In this document: one piece after another, positions 27,543 through 36,585 of the stretch
Layout: each line of letters begins with the position of its first letter
Position numbering within the stretch: the stretch's first letter is position 1
The notes under the pieces: generated by a model
Seen by the model: the letters and a program-made list of their open reading frames with translations, nothing else
The model's database searches: none
Told to the model about the DNA's origin: nothing
Program-made: the position numbers and the translations under genes
Assembly (NCBI GenBank): GCA_021414205.1
Contig: JAIOOW010000003.1
Span: forward strand, 300,365-364,364
Direction of reading: 5' to 3'
DNA from: Candidatus Anderseniibacteriota bacterium
GTDB taxonomy: Bacteria; Patescibacteriota; Andersenbacteria; UBA10190
DNA length: 64,000 nucleotides

Positions 27543-28411
27543 ATGTCGGATGGAGTTATTTTATCGCCAAGACTTCTTAGTTGCTTGAGCGCTTCTTGTG
27601 CTTGCTCTTTATTGGGCGGATTGCCATGCCACTGGTATTGGTATTCCATAAAGTCCACGCCTTTTCCCGCAATCGTATGCGCGATAATGCATACCGGCTG
27701 CTCAACAATCGCCTTTGCTTCATTGCATGCAGAAATTATTTCCTCAAAATTGTGCCCGTCGATTTCAATGACGTGCCATCCGAATGCTTCATATTTTTCT
27801 TTAAAATTTTCTTTGCGCATCACGCTTTCTGTTGGACCATCTATTTGAATATTGTTTCTATCAATGATTGCAGTTAAATGCGCCAGCTTATAGTGGCCCG
27901 CAAACGCAACTGCTTCCCACGTGGACCCTTCATCGTGTTCCCCGTCAGATAACAGCGCATATGTTTGGTATGTTTGATTATTGATCTTCCCTGCATAGGC
28001 AGCTCCACATGCAATGCCTAATCCTTGCCCTAAGCTTGCCGCAGAACTTTCAATTCCGGGAGTCGTTAATCTATCAACGTGGCCCTGCAGTCTTGTCCCT
28101 AATTTCCGTAACGTCTTTAATTCTTCAACGGGAAAATATCCTGCGCGCGCAAGTACGGCATACCATACCGGAGCGGTGTGTCCGCACGAGATATGTAATC
28201 GATCTCGGTCTGGATCGTGCTTTTTATCTGGGCTGGTATTTAAAACATTGAAGTACAATGCTGTTGCAATGTCTGCCAAATCTAACGGGCCTGCGCTGTG
28301 GCCCGAACCGGCCTCTACCAACATCGCAATAATATCTTTCCTGATAGTATTTGCCATGCGCTCTAGATCTTCGCGTGTTGTGAGCTTTTGCATTGCTCGT
28401 AAGTATACCAC
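27539..28411 (-). CDS. tktA: transketolase, N-terminal (TPP-binding) subunit
   Basis: GHSAGPLDLADIATALYF, GHTAPVWYAVL, LSDGEHDEGSTWEA. Confidence 0.9.
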   Translation of the reverse strand: MVYLRAMQKLTTREDLERMANTIRKDIIAMLVEAGSGHSAGPLDLADIATALYFNVLNTSPDKKHDPDRDRLHISCGHTAPVWYAVLARAGYFPVEELKTLRKLGTRLQGHVDRLTTPGIESSAASLGQGLGIACGAAYAGKINNQTYQTYALLSDGEHDEGSTWEAVAFAGHYKLAHLTAIIDRNNIQIDGPTESVMRKENFKEKYEAFGWHVIEIDGHNFEEIISACNEAKAIVEQPVCIIAHTIAGKGVDFMEYQYQWHGNPPNKEQAQEALKQLRSLGDKITPSDI

Positions 28412-28416
28412 GGCTT

Positions 28417-29079
28417 TTATGCACTTTGCGCAAGCAGCTCGAGCTGCTTTATGTTTTCTGCAGGATCTCCTTTTTTAAATATACTTGAATTTGCACAAAA
28501 AATAGTTGCACCTGCTTCTGCGTATTGCGAAATAGTTTCTTTGTCTACGTGGCCATCTACGGCGATTTTTACTGCAGGATTTTTAGTATGAAAGTCTGCT
28601 ATTTTTTTGAAAATTTCTGGATCAATATCTTGCCCGGCGAACCCTGGCTTGTATCCCATGAATAATACGTATTGAACTAGTGGTAAATATTCCGTGAGCC
28701 GAGAAATATCGGTGTCAGGGTTTATGGCAACGCCCATTTCTGCGCTGGTGTATTCTCCTACCGTGTTATATACAAACGGCAAATCCATCGTTCCTAAAAA
28801 AGCTTCAATATGAAATACACAGCGGCTGGGATTTACGTCGATAATATCTTCAACGTAATCAGCAGGGGTTTGGACCATTATGTGCAATTCGATTTTTTGG
28901 GATTGAGGCAAATCTGCCAATCGCGGAATATCCATAAAGCTTTCATTGCCCGCAAAAATTCCGTCAGTAATATCTATCTGAATGTGCTCCGCTGCACCCA
29001 CTACTTTATTCCAGTCTTCTTCTATTTTTTCGTACGTTGTTTTTAAAATCGCCGGCACGATTTCGATGTTATCGTTCAT
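28417..29079 (-). CDS. rpe: ribulose-phosphate 3-epimerase
   Basis: TIM-barrel RPE motifs (IQIDITDGIF, HIMVQTP, MGYKPGFAGQ, VDGHV). Confidence 0.85.
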   Translation of the reverse strand: MNDNIEIVPAILKTTYEKIEEDWNKVVGAAEHIQIDITDGIFAGNESFMDIPRLADLPQSQKIELHIMVQTPADYVEDIIDVNPSRCVFHIEAFLGTMDLPFVYNTVGEYTSAEMGVAINPDTDISRLTEYLPLVQYVLFMGYKPGFAGQDIDPEIFKKIADFHTKNPAVKIAVDGHVDKETISQYAEAGATIFCANSSIFKKGDPAENIKQLELLAQSA

Positions 29080-29522
29080 TGTTCTAATTTCTTTATTTTT
29101 TCGACTCTGCGTTCGTGCCGTTCCAATCCTGAAAATGGAGTATCTAAAAATGTTGCAATAATCGCCTTCGCTTCGTCGAGCGCGAGGAGGTCGGCACCTA
29201 GGCAGAGAGCGTTGATATCATCATCATTCCGTGCGGTCTTTGCCACGTCTACGGATTGAATATTTGCGGCGCGCACTCCTGCGATTTTGTTTGCGGCAAC
29301 TGCAACGCCCACTCCTGATCCGCATAGTAAAATGCCGCGGGTATTCTCCGGGTCTTGTGCGATTTTTTGTGCAACAGATACGGCGTAATCCGGATAATCA
29401 TCTCCTTCTGTGAATTCTTGGGCACCCATATCTTCTACCACATACCCTTCTTGAGCAAGCCATGCGACAATCCCCTCCTTCATTGCAAACCCACGATGAT
29501 CAGCGCCAATATATATATTCAT
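29076..29522 (-). CDS. rpiB: ribose-5-phosphate isomerase B
   Basis: MNIYIGADHRGF..LLCGSGVGVAVAANK matches RpiB/LacAB. Start taken at the MNIYIG ATG (track ORF extends to 29540). Confidence 0.85.
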   Translation of the reverse strand: MNIYIGADHRGFAMKEGIVAWLAQEGYVVEDMGAQEFTEGDDYPDYAVSVAQKIAQDPENTRGILLCGSGVGVAVAANKIAGVRAANIQSVDVAKTARNDDDINALCLGADLLALDEAKAIIATFLDTPFSGLERHERRVEKIKKLEQ

Positions 29523-29547
29523 GCGATTAACTATACCCAACTTAGGG

Positions 29548-30183
29548 CTAATATTCTACGTTCTCGCCAGGTTCTAGTGCATCAAATTGAATTCCCGCAT
29601 CTTCCAATACTTTTTTTGGCACCGTGTATATCCATGTTCGAGAAGTTAAAATCGCATCGTGAATCGGGATGCAAACTCTTGGTTTAATTGAAAGTGCCCA
29701 ATCCAGTGAATCTGAAATTTTCATCCATGGGCCAGCAATTGGCATACCCAGAATTTCTACTGGAACATTCGGCGTTATAAATGCATCGCCTGGCAAAAAG
29801 AATCTGCTTGCAATCAAGTACCCGGTATTCATCACAACTGGAATTGTTTTGTAGATAACGGCGTGATCTTTCCCGAATCCGCTAATAGTAATTTCTTTTA
29901 TCGTCGTTGTTTGTCCATCTTCTACAATCTCGCACGCAATCCCCTGTTTTTCTAATAATTTCGCAACAGCGCTATTTGTTATAATTTTCGCTTCAGGATT
30001 ATTCCTAAGAACTTCTTTTACGGAATCAATATGAAAATGGTCCCCATGCTCATGCGTAATAATAATGATTGAAATGCCGGTGAGTGAATTTTGTTCGTTT
30101 GTAAACATTCCCGGATCCGTCAAAATCCCTACGCCGTTTTCTATAATATGAAGGCAACAATGCCCGATTTTTGTGATGGTCAT
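29548..30183 (-). CDS. MBL-fold metallo-hydrolase
   Basis: HxHxDH motif (ITHEHGDHFH) and downstream His/Asp ligands. Confidence 0.75.
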   Translation of the reverse strand: MTITKIGHCCLHIIENGVGILTDPGMFTNEQNSLTGISIIIITHEHGDHFHIDSVKEVLRNNPEAKIITNSAVAKLLEKQGIACEIVEDGQTTTIKEITISGFGKDHAVIYKTIPVVMNTGYLIASRFFLPGDAFITPNVPVEILGMPIAGPWMKISDSLDWALSIKPRVCIPIHDAILTSRTWIYTVPKKVLEDAGIQFDALEPGENVEY

Positions 30184-30208
30184 GTATGCAGTATACCGAA
30201 GATTGCCA

Positions 30209-30237
30209 TTGACTTTTTATTATTTTTAATATATATT
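30209..30237 (+). promoter_or_regulatory. sigma70-like promoter (TTGACT-17-TATATT)
   Basis: Hexamers at 30209-14 and 30232-37, upstream of the small gene at 30297. Confidence 0.4.
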
Positions 30238-30240
30238 CAT

Positions 30241-30269
30241 ACGTCGGATTATTTTTGGATGTCCGACGT
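30241..30269 (+). promoter_or_regulatory. inverted repeat in 5' leader (ACGTCGGA..TCCGACGT)
   Basis: Perfect 8-bp inverted repeat with 13-nt loop between the promoter and the RBS of the 30297 gene; no T-run follows. Confidence 0.3.
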
Positions 30270-30296
30270 TTGCCCTCTAACAATAAGGACTTTTTT

Positions 30297-30590
30297 ATGA
30301 GTTGGGAGAGTGTTGCAGAAGATGTTGCTATGCAGATTATTTCGATGGATCCGTGTAATGCGGATGCGGGGATGGTGAATTTCTGCAGAGTTGCGTTGAT
30401 TGGAATTTCGCAGTTGCCTGAGTGCCCAGAAAAATATCGGGAGCAGGCCCAACGGCTTCAGGAGGACTATGTTCGGCTCGCAGCAAATCCTGGAGAGTAT
30501 GCGGAATGGAATGACGTTGCAATTAAAACCCATAACCTGCTTGCTAGGCTGTCGGGATGTGGAGCTTACGCGACCATTTATTACACCTAA
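30297..30590 (+). CDS. hypothetical small protein (97 aa)
   Basis: AAGGAC RBS 7 nt before ATG (MSWESV..); no recognisable family. Confidence 0.5.
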   Translation: MSWESVAEDVAMQIISMDPCNADAGMVNFCRVALIGISQLPECPEKYREQAQRLQEDYVRLAANPGEYAEWNDVAIKTHNLLARLSGCGAYATIYYT

Positions 30591-30625
30591 TAATGCCTTA
30601 CGCTCAGCTACTCCTCTTCTTTTTA

Positions 30626-30660
30626 GCCCCGTCTTAATTTGAGGCGGGCTATTTTATTTT
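30626..30660 (+). terminator. Rho-independent terminator
   Basis: CCCGTC..GGCGGG stem (with G-U) followed by ctattttattttcc. Confidence 0.45.
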
Positions 30661-30690
30661 CCTGACGTGTGAGTAAGTATTTTATAATAG

Positions 30691-30719
30691 TTGACTAATA
30701 TATAATTATATGCTTATAT
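30691..30719 (+). promoter_or_regulatory. sigma70-like promoter (TTGACT-17-TTATAT)
   Basis: Hexamers at 30691-96 and 30714-19; a CAGGAG RBS 9 nt before the ATG at 30761 follows. Confidence 0.45.
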
Positions 30720-30760
30720 AGTATGTTCTGAGGGAATCGAATAATTCAGGAGATATCGGA

Positions 30761-31294
30761 ATGTACTTTATATGGAAATGTATTCAATGCTTTATTTGTT
30801 GGAGAGTGCGATTGCCCAATTGGAGCGATGACGCCCAGGCCGTGTGCGCATGCACGTTTGGTCGATCTGATGATATCTGCAATAAGGCGATTGCGTGCCA
30901 TGTAGCTGTCATCGCCATGGAGCACAAACTCCCCTTCTGCGTGCAAGGTGAAATCGGAGCATATCTCGACAAGAGTTTGCTTGGGTATCGTTCTGCTGAA
31001 AGTTCCGATGTTCATCATCGAGAGTATGTCGGTACCTATGAAACGGTGCATGAACAGGTAACGTGCTACTTGCAACCGCAGCGGATTACCAAAATCCATG
31101 TGGAGGCGCATCCGGAACACGCATGGCGAATGGTGATGTGTTATCGCCACTTTGGAATGGAAGTGGTAAGCGTGTGCACGATGGGTAAACCGTACCCTCC
31201 TGCATCCACTCAAGTGTGGTGTCGCAGCAAGTTTCGATTTGTGCCGTACGAAGTCCTCGCTCGCCTTCTGTATGTCGCAAAGGGATACATGTAA
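30761..31294 (+). CDS. hypothetical Cys/His-rich protein (177 aa)
   Basis: Promoter and RBS upstream; N-terminal CIQCFIC, many Cys/His. An overlapping antisense ORF (30746..31213) is also open, so strand assignment is tentative. Locally elevated GC. Confidence 0.4.
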   Translation: MYFIWKCIQCFICWRVRLPNWSDDAQAVCACTFGRSDDICNKAIACHVAVIAMEHKLPFCVQGEIGAYLDKSLLGYRSAESSDVHHREYVGTYETVHEQVTCYLQPQRITKIHVEAHPEHAWRMVMCYRHFGMEVVSVCTMGKPYPPASTQVWCRSKFRFVPYEVLARLLYVAKGYM

Positions 31295-31335
31295 TGTTTC
31301 GACCGTATGGTTCGCCCTGCGGTCGTTTTTATTTG

Positions 31336-31406
31336 TTCCCGGACAGGGATTCGAACCCCAGTTTCAAGATTCAGAGTCTTGCGTCCTGCCGCTAGACGAT
31401 CCGGGA
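31336..31406 (-). tRNA. tRNA-Gln (anticodon CUG)
   Basis: Manual fold: acceptor TCCCGGA/TCCGGGA, D-arm GTCT-AGCGGCA-GGAC, anticodon arm CAAGA-CTCTGAA-TCTTG, T-arm with TTCGAAT loop. CCA not encoded. Confidence 0.8.
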
Positions 31407-31460
31407 ATGTATCAATAGTTTCAATGAAAATGCGAAATAATACAAGTTTTGTAAAGAAAA

Positions 31461-31485
31461 CACCGTCAGTTTGTGGCTGACGGTG
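31461..31485 (-). terminator. Rho-independent terminator on minus strand
   Basis: CACCGTCAG..CTGACGGTG 9-bp stem; on the minus strand it is followed by UUUUCUUU. Confidence 0.5.
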
Positions 31486-31518
31486 ATGTAGTGTGCGGTG
31501 GCGCAAGAGGCGTTGGTG

Positions 31519-32073
31519 CTACTCTTGCTCGCATCGTATTTTTACGAGCATTCGCGGGTTCCTTCGCGGATCCAGAGATCCTTCGGCGGCGTCGATTGCG
31601 AATAATATGAGCCAGAGCAAAGCACATCCAAAAGCAGATGTTGTCAAAGGTAGGTTTGTGCTATGCCAAGCTACTGGCAAAGTGCTAACTACTGCGTATG
31701 ACAGCACTGGCACGATGAACAAGTTGTGAAACCATTGAGCCGGAAGATTGTTCCAGCTGTTCGATTCTCTACCATTTTTAAGGCCAACGTACTGGATAAC
31801 AATCCCGGCAACGAGCGCCAAGACGGCGACCGTTACGTGATACCAGGCCTCTGTATGGACTCCCTTTGGAAGTTCATGCTGGCATATGCCGGCAACAAGT
31901 CCGTAATAGAGCGCCAGCGAAGCGTCACCAGGGCAGCTGGAGAAGGCCACGTCATAGACGACGCCTTCTGTCTTCCATCTGATGAGGTACAGTAATCCTG
32001 TCGTAACGCAAATCGTTGCAATCATCACAACCCACCATGGCGCATGGGTAGCAATCCAAATGCTTGGCAACAT
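31519..32073 (-). CDS. hypothetical multi-pass membrane protein (184 aa)
   Basis: Four to five hydrophobic helices; AAGGAG RBS 8 nt before ATG. Confidence 0.6.
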   Translation of the reverse strand: MLPSIWIATHAPWWVVMIATICVTTGLLYLIRWKTEGVVYDVAFSSCPGDASLALYYGLVAGICQHELPKGVHTEAWYHVTVAVLALVAGIVIQYVGLKNGRESNSWNNLPAQWFHNLFIVPVLSYAVVSTLPVAWHSTNLPLTTSAFGCALLWLILFAIDAAEGSLDPRRNPRMLVKIRCEQE

Positions 32074-32254
32074 GACTAGCTCCTTATTGATATGGGAATG
32101 TTCGGTCGTTTCGCGAGTACGTATAAATTAGTATATAATAGTACTATTGTCAAGTTTTAAAAGATCAGGAGTGGTCGTAGGGTGTAAGTAGCCTGGTGTG
32201 TAGAGATTCTGTTATGAGTGCTCTTTTTCAAACCCTGGAAAGCGAGTGTGTGGC

Positions 32255-32884
32255 ATGAAGGTCCGGCCCCTTAAAATTGATGAAGTGAATCTCGTCATTT
32301 CGGATCGTGGTGTTTCGTCGGTATTGGCATGCATCGTGCTCAAGTCGTTGATCGGTAGAAAGCAGGTGGATTTCTTTTGGCTGAGTCATGGAATGTGCCA
32401 CTTGGAAGAGATGACCACGCTTCTCGGCAGGAAAACACGAGAAACTGTTTGCGTCGGATTCAGTCCTGACGATGGCCAGGATGTTGCAGCCTTGGTCTCC
32501 ATGATTGCCGCTGACGCGCATCGGATTGGAGGGATTTGCGATGTCCATGGGCGATCTGCCTGGTTGCGACGCATAGGAACGTTCGCTCAATTGTTTCTTC
32601 AGCCGCAGAATGCTGATAGATACTTCACATGCCCTGGTCGCGTTCTGCTGAATGCATTTGCTGATCAGTTTGAAACATACGAACGCGAATTGTGCGATCT
32701 TTCTCATCATGCAGCGATGGGCGAACTGCGCGATTTTGCTCAGACGATATCCTGGATTGCTCCTGAAGATCCGAGCATGGACGGGAGGCGCACAAACCTC
32801 GTTAACCACTTTGCATTCGACCATAACCCCAGTCCCCAAATTTCGAACTGGATACAAGAAGCTCGGCAAAGGGAAACAGCATAA
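32255..32884 (+). CDS. hypothetical protein (about 209 aa)
   Basis: Open frame co-directional with the downstream ABC ATPase gene. An antisense ORF (32228..33013) is also open in this GC-richer segment, so the call is tentative. Confidence 0.35.
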   Translation: MKVRPLKIDEVNLVISDRGVSSVLACIVLKSLIGRKQVDFFWLSHGMCHLEEMTTLLGRKTRETVCVGFSPDDGQDVAALVSMIAADAHRIGGICDVHGRSAWLRRIGTFAQLFLQPQNADRYFTCPGRVLLNAFADQFETYERELCDLSHHAAMGELRDFAQTISWIAPEDPSMDGRRTNLVNHFAFDHNPSPQISNWIQEARQRETA

Positions 32885-32954
32885 TGCTTTTTCGAATTCG
32901 AGGTGGTACGTACTCACGTATCGCCTCTCTTTTATTTTTGGTATACTTACATGC

Positions 32955-33866
32955 ATGAATGATGCGTTTGTTGATGTGAAGAATGTAAAAGCGCGATATC
33001 GCGGATTAGACACGGACGTATTGCATGGAATTTCTTTTACGGTACATCACGGAGAGCATGTGTTGGTGTATGGTGCGCCAGCGTCTGGAAAATCCAGTTT
33101 ACTGAAAATGCTCTGCGGAGATTTGGATATTGTATCTGGAAGCGCCATTGTGAATGGAAAGGATATTTCTGGAGATGCAGCGCTCCGTTCTGGATATGTA
33201 TCAGTTAATCATGAGGAATTGCATGCGAGTAAGACAGTGTATGACAACCTTGTAGAGTTCGGCGATGAGTATGATGTTCCCCACTTGCCTGCTCGCATCG
33301 GCGAATTGCTGGAGCTTCTTGAAATGAAGCAGTTGGCGAATAGGAATATGCAGACGTTGTCCTTTACGGAAAAAATTGCATACGGATTAATTCGCGCATC
33401 TCTTTCGGATGCTCCCGTGTTGTTACTAGACGATGTGCTTGATGCATTTGGTGTTGAAGAAACGCAGCGATTTTTAAATGTTGCGTGCGCTGGCAAGACG
33501 GTTCTTCTTACCACGCGAGTGACTCAGAATGCAGAGCAAATGAATTTGCCGTTATTGCTATTACACAACGGAACACTGGCACACACGGGCTCACGAGACG
33601 ATATTGCAGTGGCATCGGGAGTGCCGAGGATTATTGATGCATGGGTAGAAGAACTTCGTTATGATATGTTGAAAAAAATACGATCCCATAGCGGCGTGTT
33701 AGAAGTTCGCATCTTGCCAACAGATAGATTTGAAGGAAATTTAGTGCGTATTATGATTAGGAACTCTCGCTTCATCCCCTCTTTGTATGATGTGATGAGC
33801 CAGTCTCAGCTAGTGCACGTAGAAGAAGTGCCTCCGAAGTTGATCGATATTCTCAAGACTATCTAG
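32955..33866 (+). CDS. ABC transporter ATP-binding protein-like, degenerate catalytic motifs
   Basis: Walker A is intact (GAPASGKSS), but the signature motif is LSFTEK (not LSGGQ), Walker B is LLLDD (no catalytic Glu) and the H-loop His is absent. C-terminal roughly 100-aa extension. Confidence 0.65.
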   Translation: MNDAFVDVKNVKARYRGLDTDVLHGISFTVHHGEHVLVYGAPASGKSSLLKMLCGDLDIVSGSAIVNGKDISGDAALRSGYVSVNHEELHASKTVYDNLVEFGDEYDVPHLPARIGELLELLEMKQLANRNMQTLSFTEKIAYGLIRASLSDAPVLLLDDVLDAFGVEETQRFLNVACAGKTVLLTTRVTQNAEQMNLPLLLLHNGTLAHTGSRDDIAVASGVPRIIDAWVEELRYDMLKKIRSHSGVLEVRILPTDRFEGNLVRIMIRNSRFIPSLYDVMSQSQLVHVEEVPPKLIDILKTI

Positions 33867-33867
33867 T

Positions 33868-34791
33868 TTATTTTAAGTATCGTCGTACGGCGATGTAGCT
33901 GCTCATGATTGCCAAGAGGAGTGCAACCCCCGCTTCCGCTCCAATCAACTGAACCCAGTGCGATGTTGTGTATGCGTAGATATCGAACGTTGCTTGTTGT
34001 CCTGAGAAAAAGAATTGATTAATTTGGTTCGCGCCAGCATTTAATACCAGGAATGTAAGTATAATGCTGATAGTGACGCTAATAACGGCAACGAGCATGG
34101 ATTCTACGATAAACGGACTTTGGATATACCAGCGCGATGCTCCTACTAGCCGCATAATATCGATCTCTTCCCGGAAGCTGTAGATGGCTAATCGAATTGT
34201 GTTGAACATGATGAGCATTACGAGAATTGCGAATATTCCCGTAACAATGAGTGCCGTATTTTTCGTAATCGTCATGATGTGGATGAGCTTTTCGATGACT
34301 GATTTGGAATCCTCGAAATTCACTTTATCGATGTACTGACTGTAGGTTGGATCCTTAAGACTATTTGAAATGTCCGTATAGAATTGAGGGTCCTTTGCAA
34401 CGATGTACATGCTGTTTGGAAGCGGATTTCGTTGTAGTTCGCTTAATGCCTGTTCGATGTATGGCTCATTCTTATGCTTTTCTCTAAATTGGTTGAGTGC
34501 ATCTTCGCTGGTCGTTATATGTGTATCTTGGACGTCGGGTCTGCCGTCGATTGCCTGCTTGATTACATTGATTTGGTCCGGGGTTGTTGTGTCTTTGAAG
34601 ATAACGGCAATGTCCACTTTCTGGCTGAATGTAGTGAGTACCTGGGTTCCAATGACGTTGACGACGTATAAGAATGAAATCACGATCAGCGTGAGTGTCA
34701 TGATGACGGTCGTTGCAATAGATAGCCATACGTTTCTCCTGAAGTTTCGGAATGCATTGCGAAATATGCGAAGTAGTGTAATTCCAATCAT
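33868..34791 (-). CDS. ftsX: cell division ABC transporter permease FtsX
   Basis: Four TM helices with a large periplasmic loop, downstream of ftsE; typical FtsX topology and size. Confidence 0.85.
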   Translation of the reverse strand: MIGITLLRIFRNAFRNFRRNVWLSIATTVIMTLTLIVISFLYVVNVIGTQVLTTFSQKVDIAVIFKDTTTPDQINVIKQAIDGRPDVQDTHITTSEDALNQFREKHKNEPYIEQALSELQRNPLPNSMYIVAKDPQFYTDISNSLKDPTYSQYIDKVNFEDSKSVIEKLIHIMTITKNTALIVTGIFAILVMLIMFNTIRLAIYSFREEIDIMRLVGASRWYIQSPFIVESMLVAVISVTISIILTFLVLNAGANQINQFFFSGQQATFDIYAYTTSHWVQLIGAEAGVALLLAIMSSYIAVRRYLK

Positions 34792-34793
34792 AG

Positions 34794-35474
34794 TTATAGT
34801 TTATATGTTCCGCCTTGCTGATCTGAAATAAGTTTACCCTGGCTTAATGTTATCACGCGTTTTTTTAAAGCGTTTACGATGTCATCGTTATGCGTTGCCA
34901 ATAAAACGGTTGTCCCAAGCTTATTAATCTTGATGAGCAGTTGAACGATATCCCACGAGTTTAATGCGTCCAAGTTTCCCGTAGGTTCGTCTGCAAGCAA
35001 AATTTGAGGCTTGTATGCAAGTGCGCGTGCAATGGAAACACGCTGGCGTTCCCCACCTGACATTTCGTTCGGATACGTATTCGCTTTATCAACCAGGTTT
35101 ACAAGTTTCAATATTTGCGGAACGGATGAGCGGATTTCTTTTGGATCAGCTCCTCCTACCTCCATTGCAAATGCAATATTTTCAAATGCCGTATATTTTG
35201 GCAACAGTTTAAAATCTTGGAATACGACGCCGATCTGTCTGCGCAAATACGGAACCTGCCAATTCTTAATCTTGGTAATATCCCACCCATCGATAACGAT
35301 ATTGCCAGTAGATGGCTTTTCTTCTGCAGATAGAAGCTTTAATAATGTAGATTTTCCTGCTCCAGATTGCCCAACGATAGAAACGAAATCCCCCGTTGGA
35401 ATCGTGATGGTGACGTCAGATAGCGCGGGGCTTTTCTCTGAGTATGCTTTGGAGACTTTCGTGAACGTAATCAT
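34794..35474 (-). CDS. ftsE: cell division ATP-binding protein FtsE
   Basis: Walker A GQSGAGKST, signature MSGGERQRVSIARAL, Walker B ILLADEPTGNLD. Confidence 0.9.
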   Translation of the reverse strand: MITFTKVSKAYSEKSPALSDVTITIPTGDFVSIVGQSGAGKSTLLKLLSAEEKPSTGNIVIDGWDITKIKNWQVPYLRRQIGVVFQDFKLLPKYTAFENIAFAMEVGGADPKEIRSSVPQILKLVNLVDKANTYPNEMSGGERQRVSIARALAYKPQILLADEPTGNLDALNSWDIVQLLIKINKLGTTVLLATHNDDIVNALKKRVITLSQGKLISDQQGGTYKL

Positions 35475-35485
35475 GGGAAGCTTTG

Positions 35486-36566
35486 TTAGTATACCACAAG
35501 AAAATCGCCAATGTCTCCATCTAAAACCTTTTGCGCATTTCGCGTTTCCACATTCGAACGATGGTCTTTCACGAGTGTGTACGGATGCAACACATATGAT
35601 CTGATTTGGTTCCCAAAAGACGCTTCCTGATGGGTGCCTCGCAGGTCTTTTACTTGCTGAACATTTTGCTGTTCTATAAGGAGCTGCAATTTTGCGGAAA
35701 GCATTCCCATTGCAGTTGCCTTGTTTTGCGCCTGAGATCGCTGTGATTGGGATGCAGTAACAATTCCTGTGGGAATGTGGCGAATGCGCACTGCGGAACT
35801 CGTTTTGTTTACGTGCTGCCCGCCGGCTCCCGATGCGCGATATGTATCTATTTCCAGGTCTGCTGGGTCGATTTCTGGAGCCTCTGCTTCTGCGATTTCT
35901 GGAATAACTTCCACTCGCGCAAAAGATGTTTGGCGCAAATTATCTGAATTAAACGGAGACAATCTCACTAATCGATGTACGCCATGTTCGCCTTTGAGCA
36001 GCCCATACGCATGGTCGCCTGAAATAATAAACGTAGAATGTTTGACACCCGCCTCTTCGCCAAGTGCGCGGTCTACTAGTGTGACCCCCCACCCCTTTTG
36101 TTCTGCAAATCGCATATACATGCGCTCCAGCATTTCTGCCCAGTCTTGTGCGTCTGTTCCCCCGGCTCCAGATTGAATAGTTATGATTGCATTATTAGAA
36201 TCGTGTGGACCATTAAAGCGTAATAAAAATTCTTTATCCGCGAGTTGTTTTTCTAATTTTTCCAAAGTCTCCGAAATTTCTTGTTGTGATTGCTCGTCAG
36301 CGTCTGTGAGTATGTCAAGCAATTCTTTCGCATCTGCGAGCTGTTTTTCTATCCCGGATACAAACTCAACGTCGCGTTGCAGGGTTGCCAGTTCCTGCGT
36401 CAGTTTCTTGGCATCTTCTTGATTATTCCAAAAGTCTGGCTTTTGTTGAAGTTCTGTAATCTCTTCTATCCTTTGTTTCTTGCTCGCAACGTCAAAGACG
36501 GTCGGCCACTTTCGTGAGCCGCCGTGCAAGGTCATCTATTGTTGCTTGAAGTTCTGTGGATTGCAT
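35486..36566 (-). CDS. prfB: peptide chain release factor 2 (programmed +1 frameshift at CTT-TGA-C, 36492-36498)
   Basis: GGQ motif (RASGAGGQHVNKT) and RF2-specific SPF (RLSPFNS). Frame-0 leader MQSTELQATIDDLARRLTKVADRL ends CTT TGA C; the +1 frame continues DVASKKQRIEE, homologous to the E. coli post-shift sequence. Confidence 0.9.
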
Positions 36567-36585
36567 GGTGTAAGTATACCCTATG

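Noticed and set aside
30746-31213. 155-aa minus-strand ORF overlapping the Cys/His-rich gene
   Set aside because: The plus-strand ORF has a consensus promoter and a CAGGAG RBS. The antisense ORF has no start signals, and locally elevated GC suppresses stop codons on both strands. Strand assignment remains tentative.
32228-33013. 261-aa minus-strand ORF overlapping 32255-32884 and the start of the ABC ATPase gene
   Set aside because: It would overlap the well-supported ABC ATPase N-terminus; its composition (Arg/Cys/Ser-rich) looks like antisense translation of GC-rich DNA.
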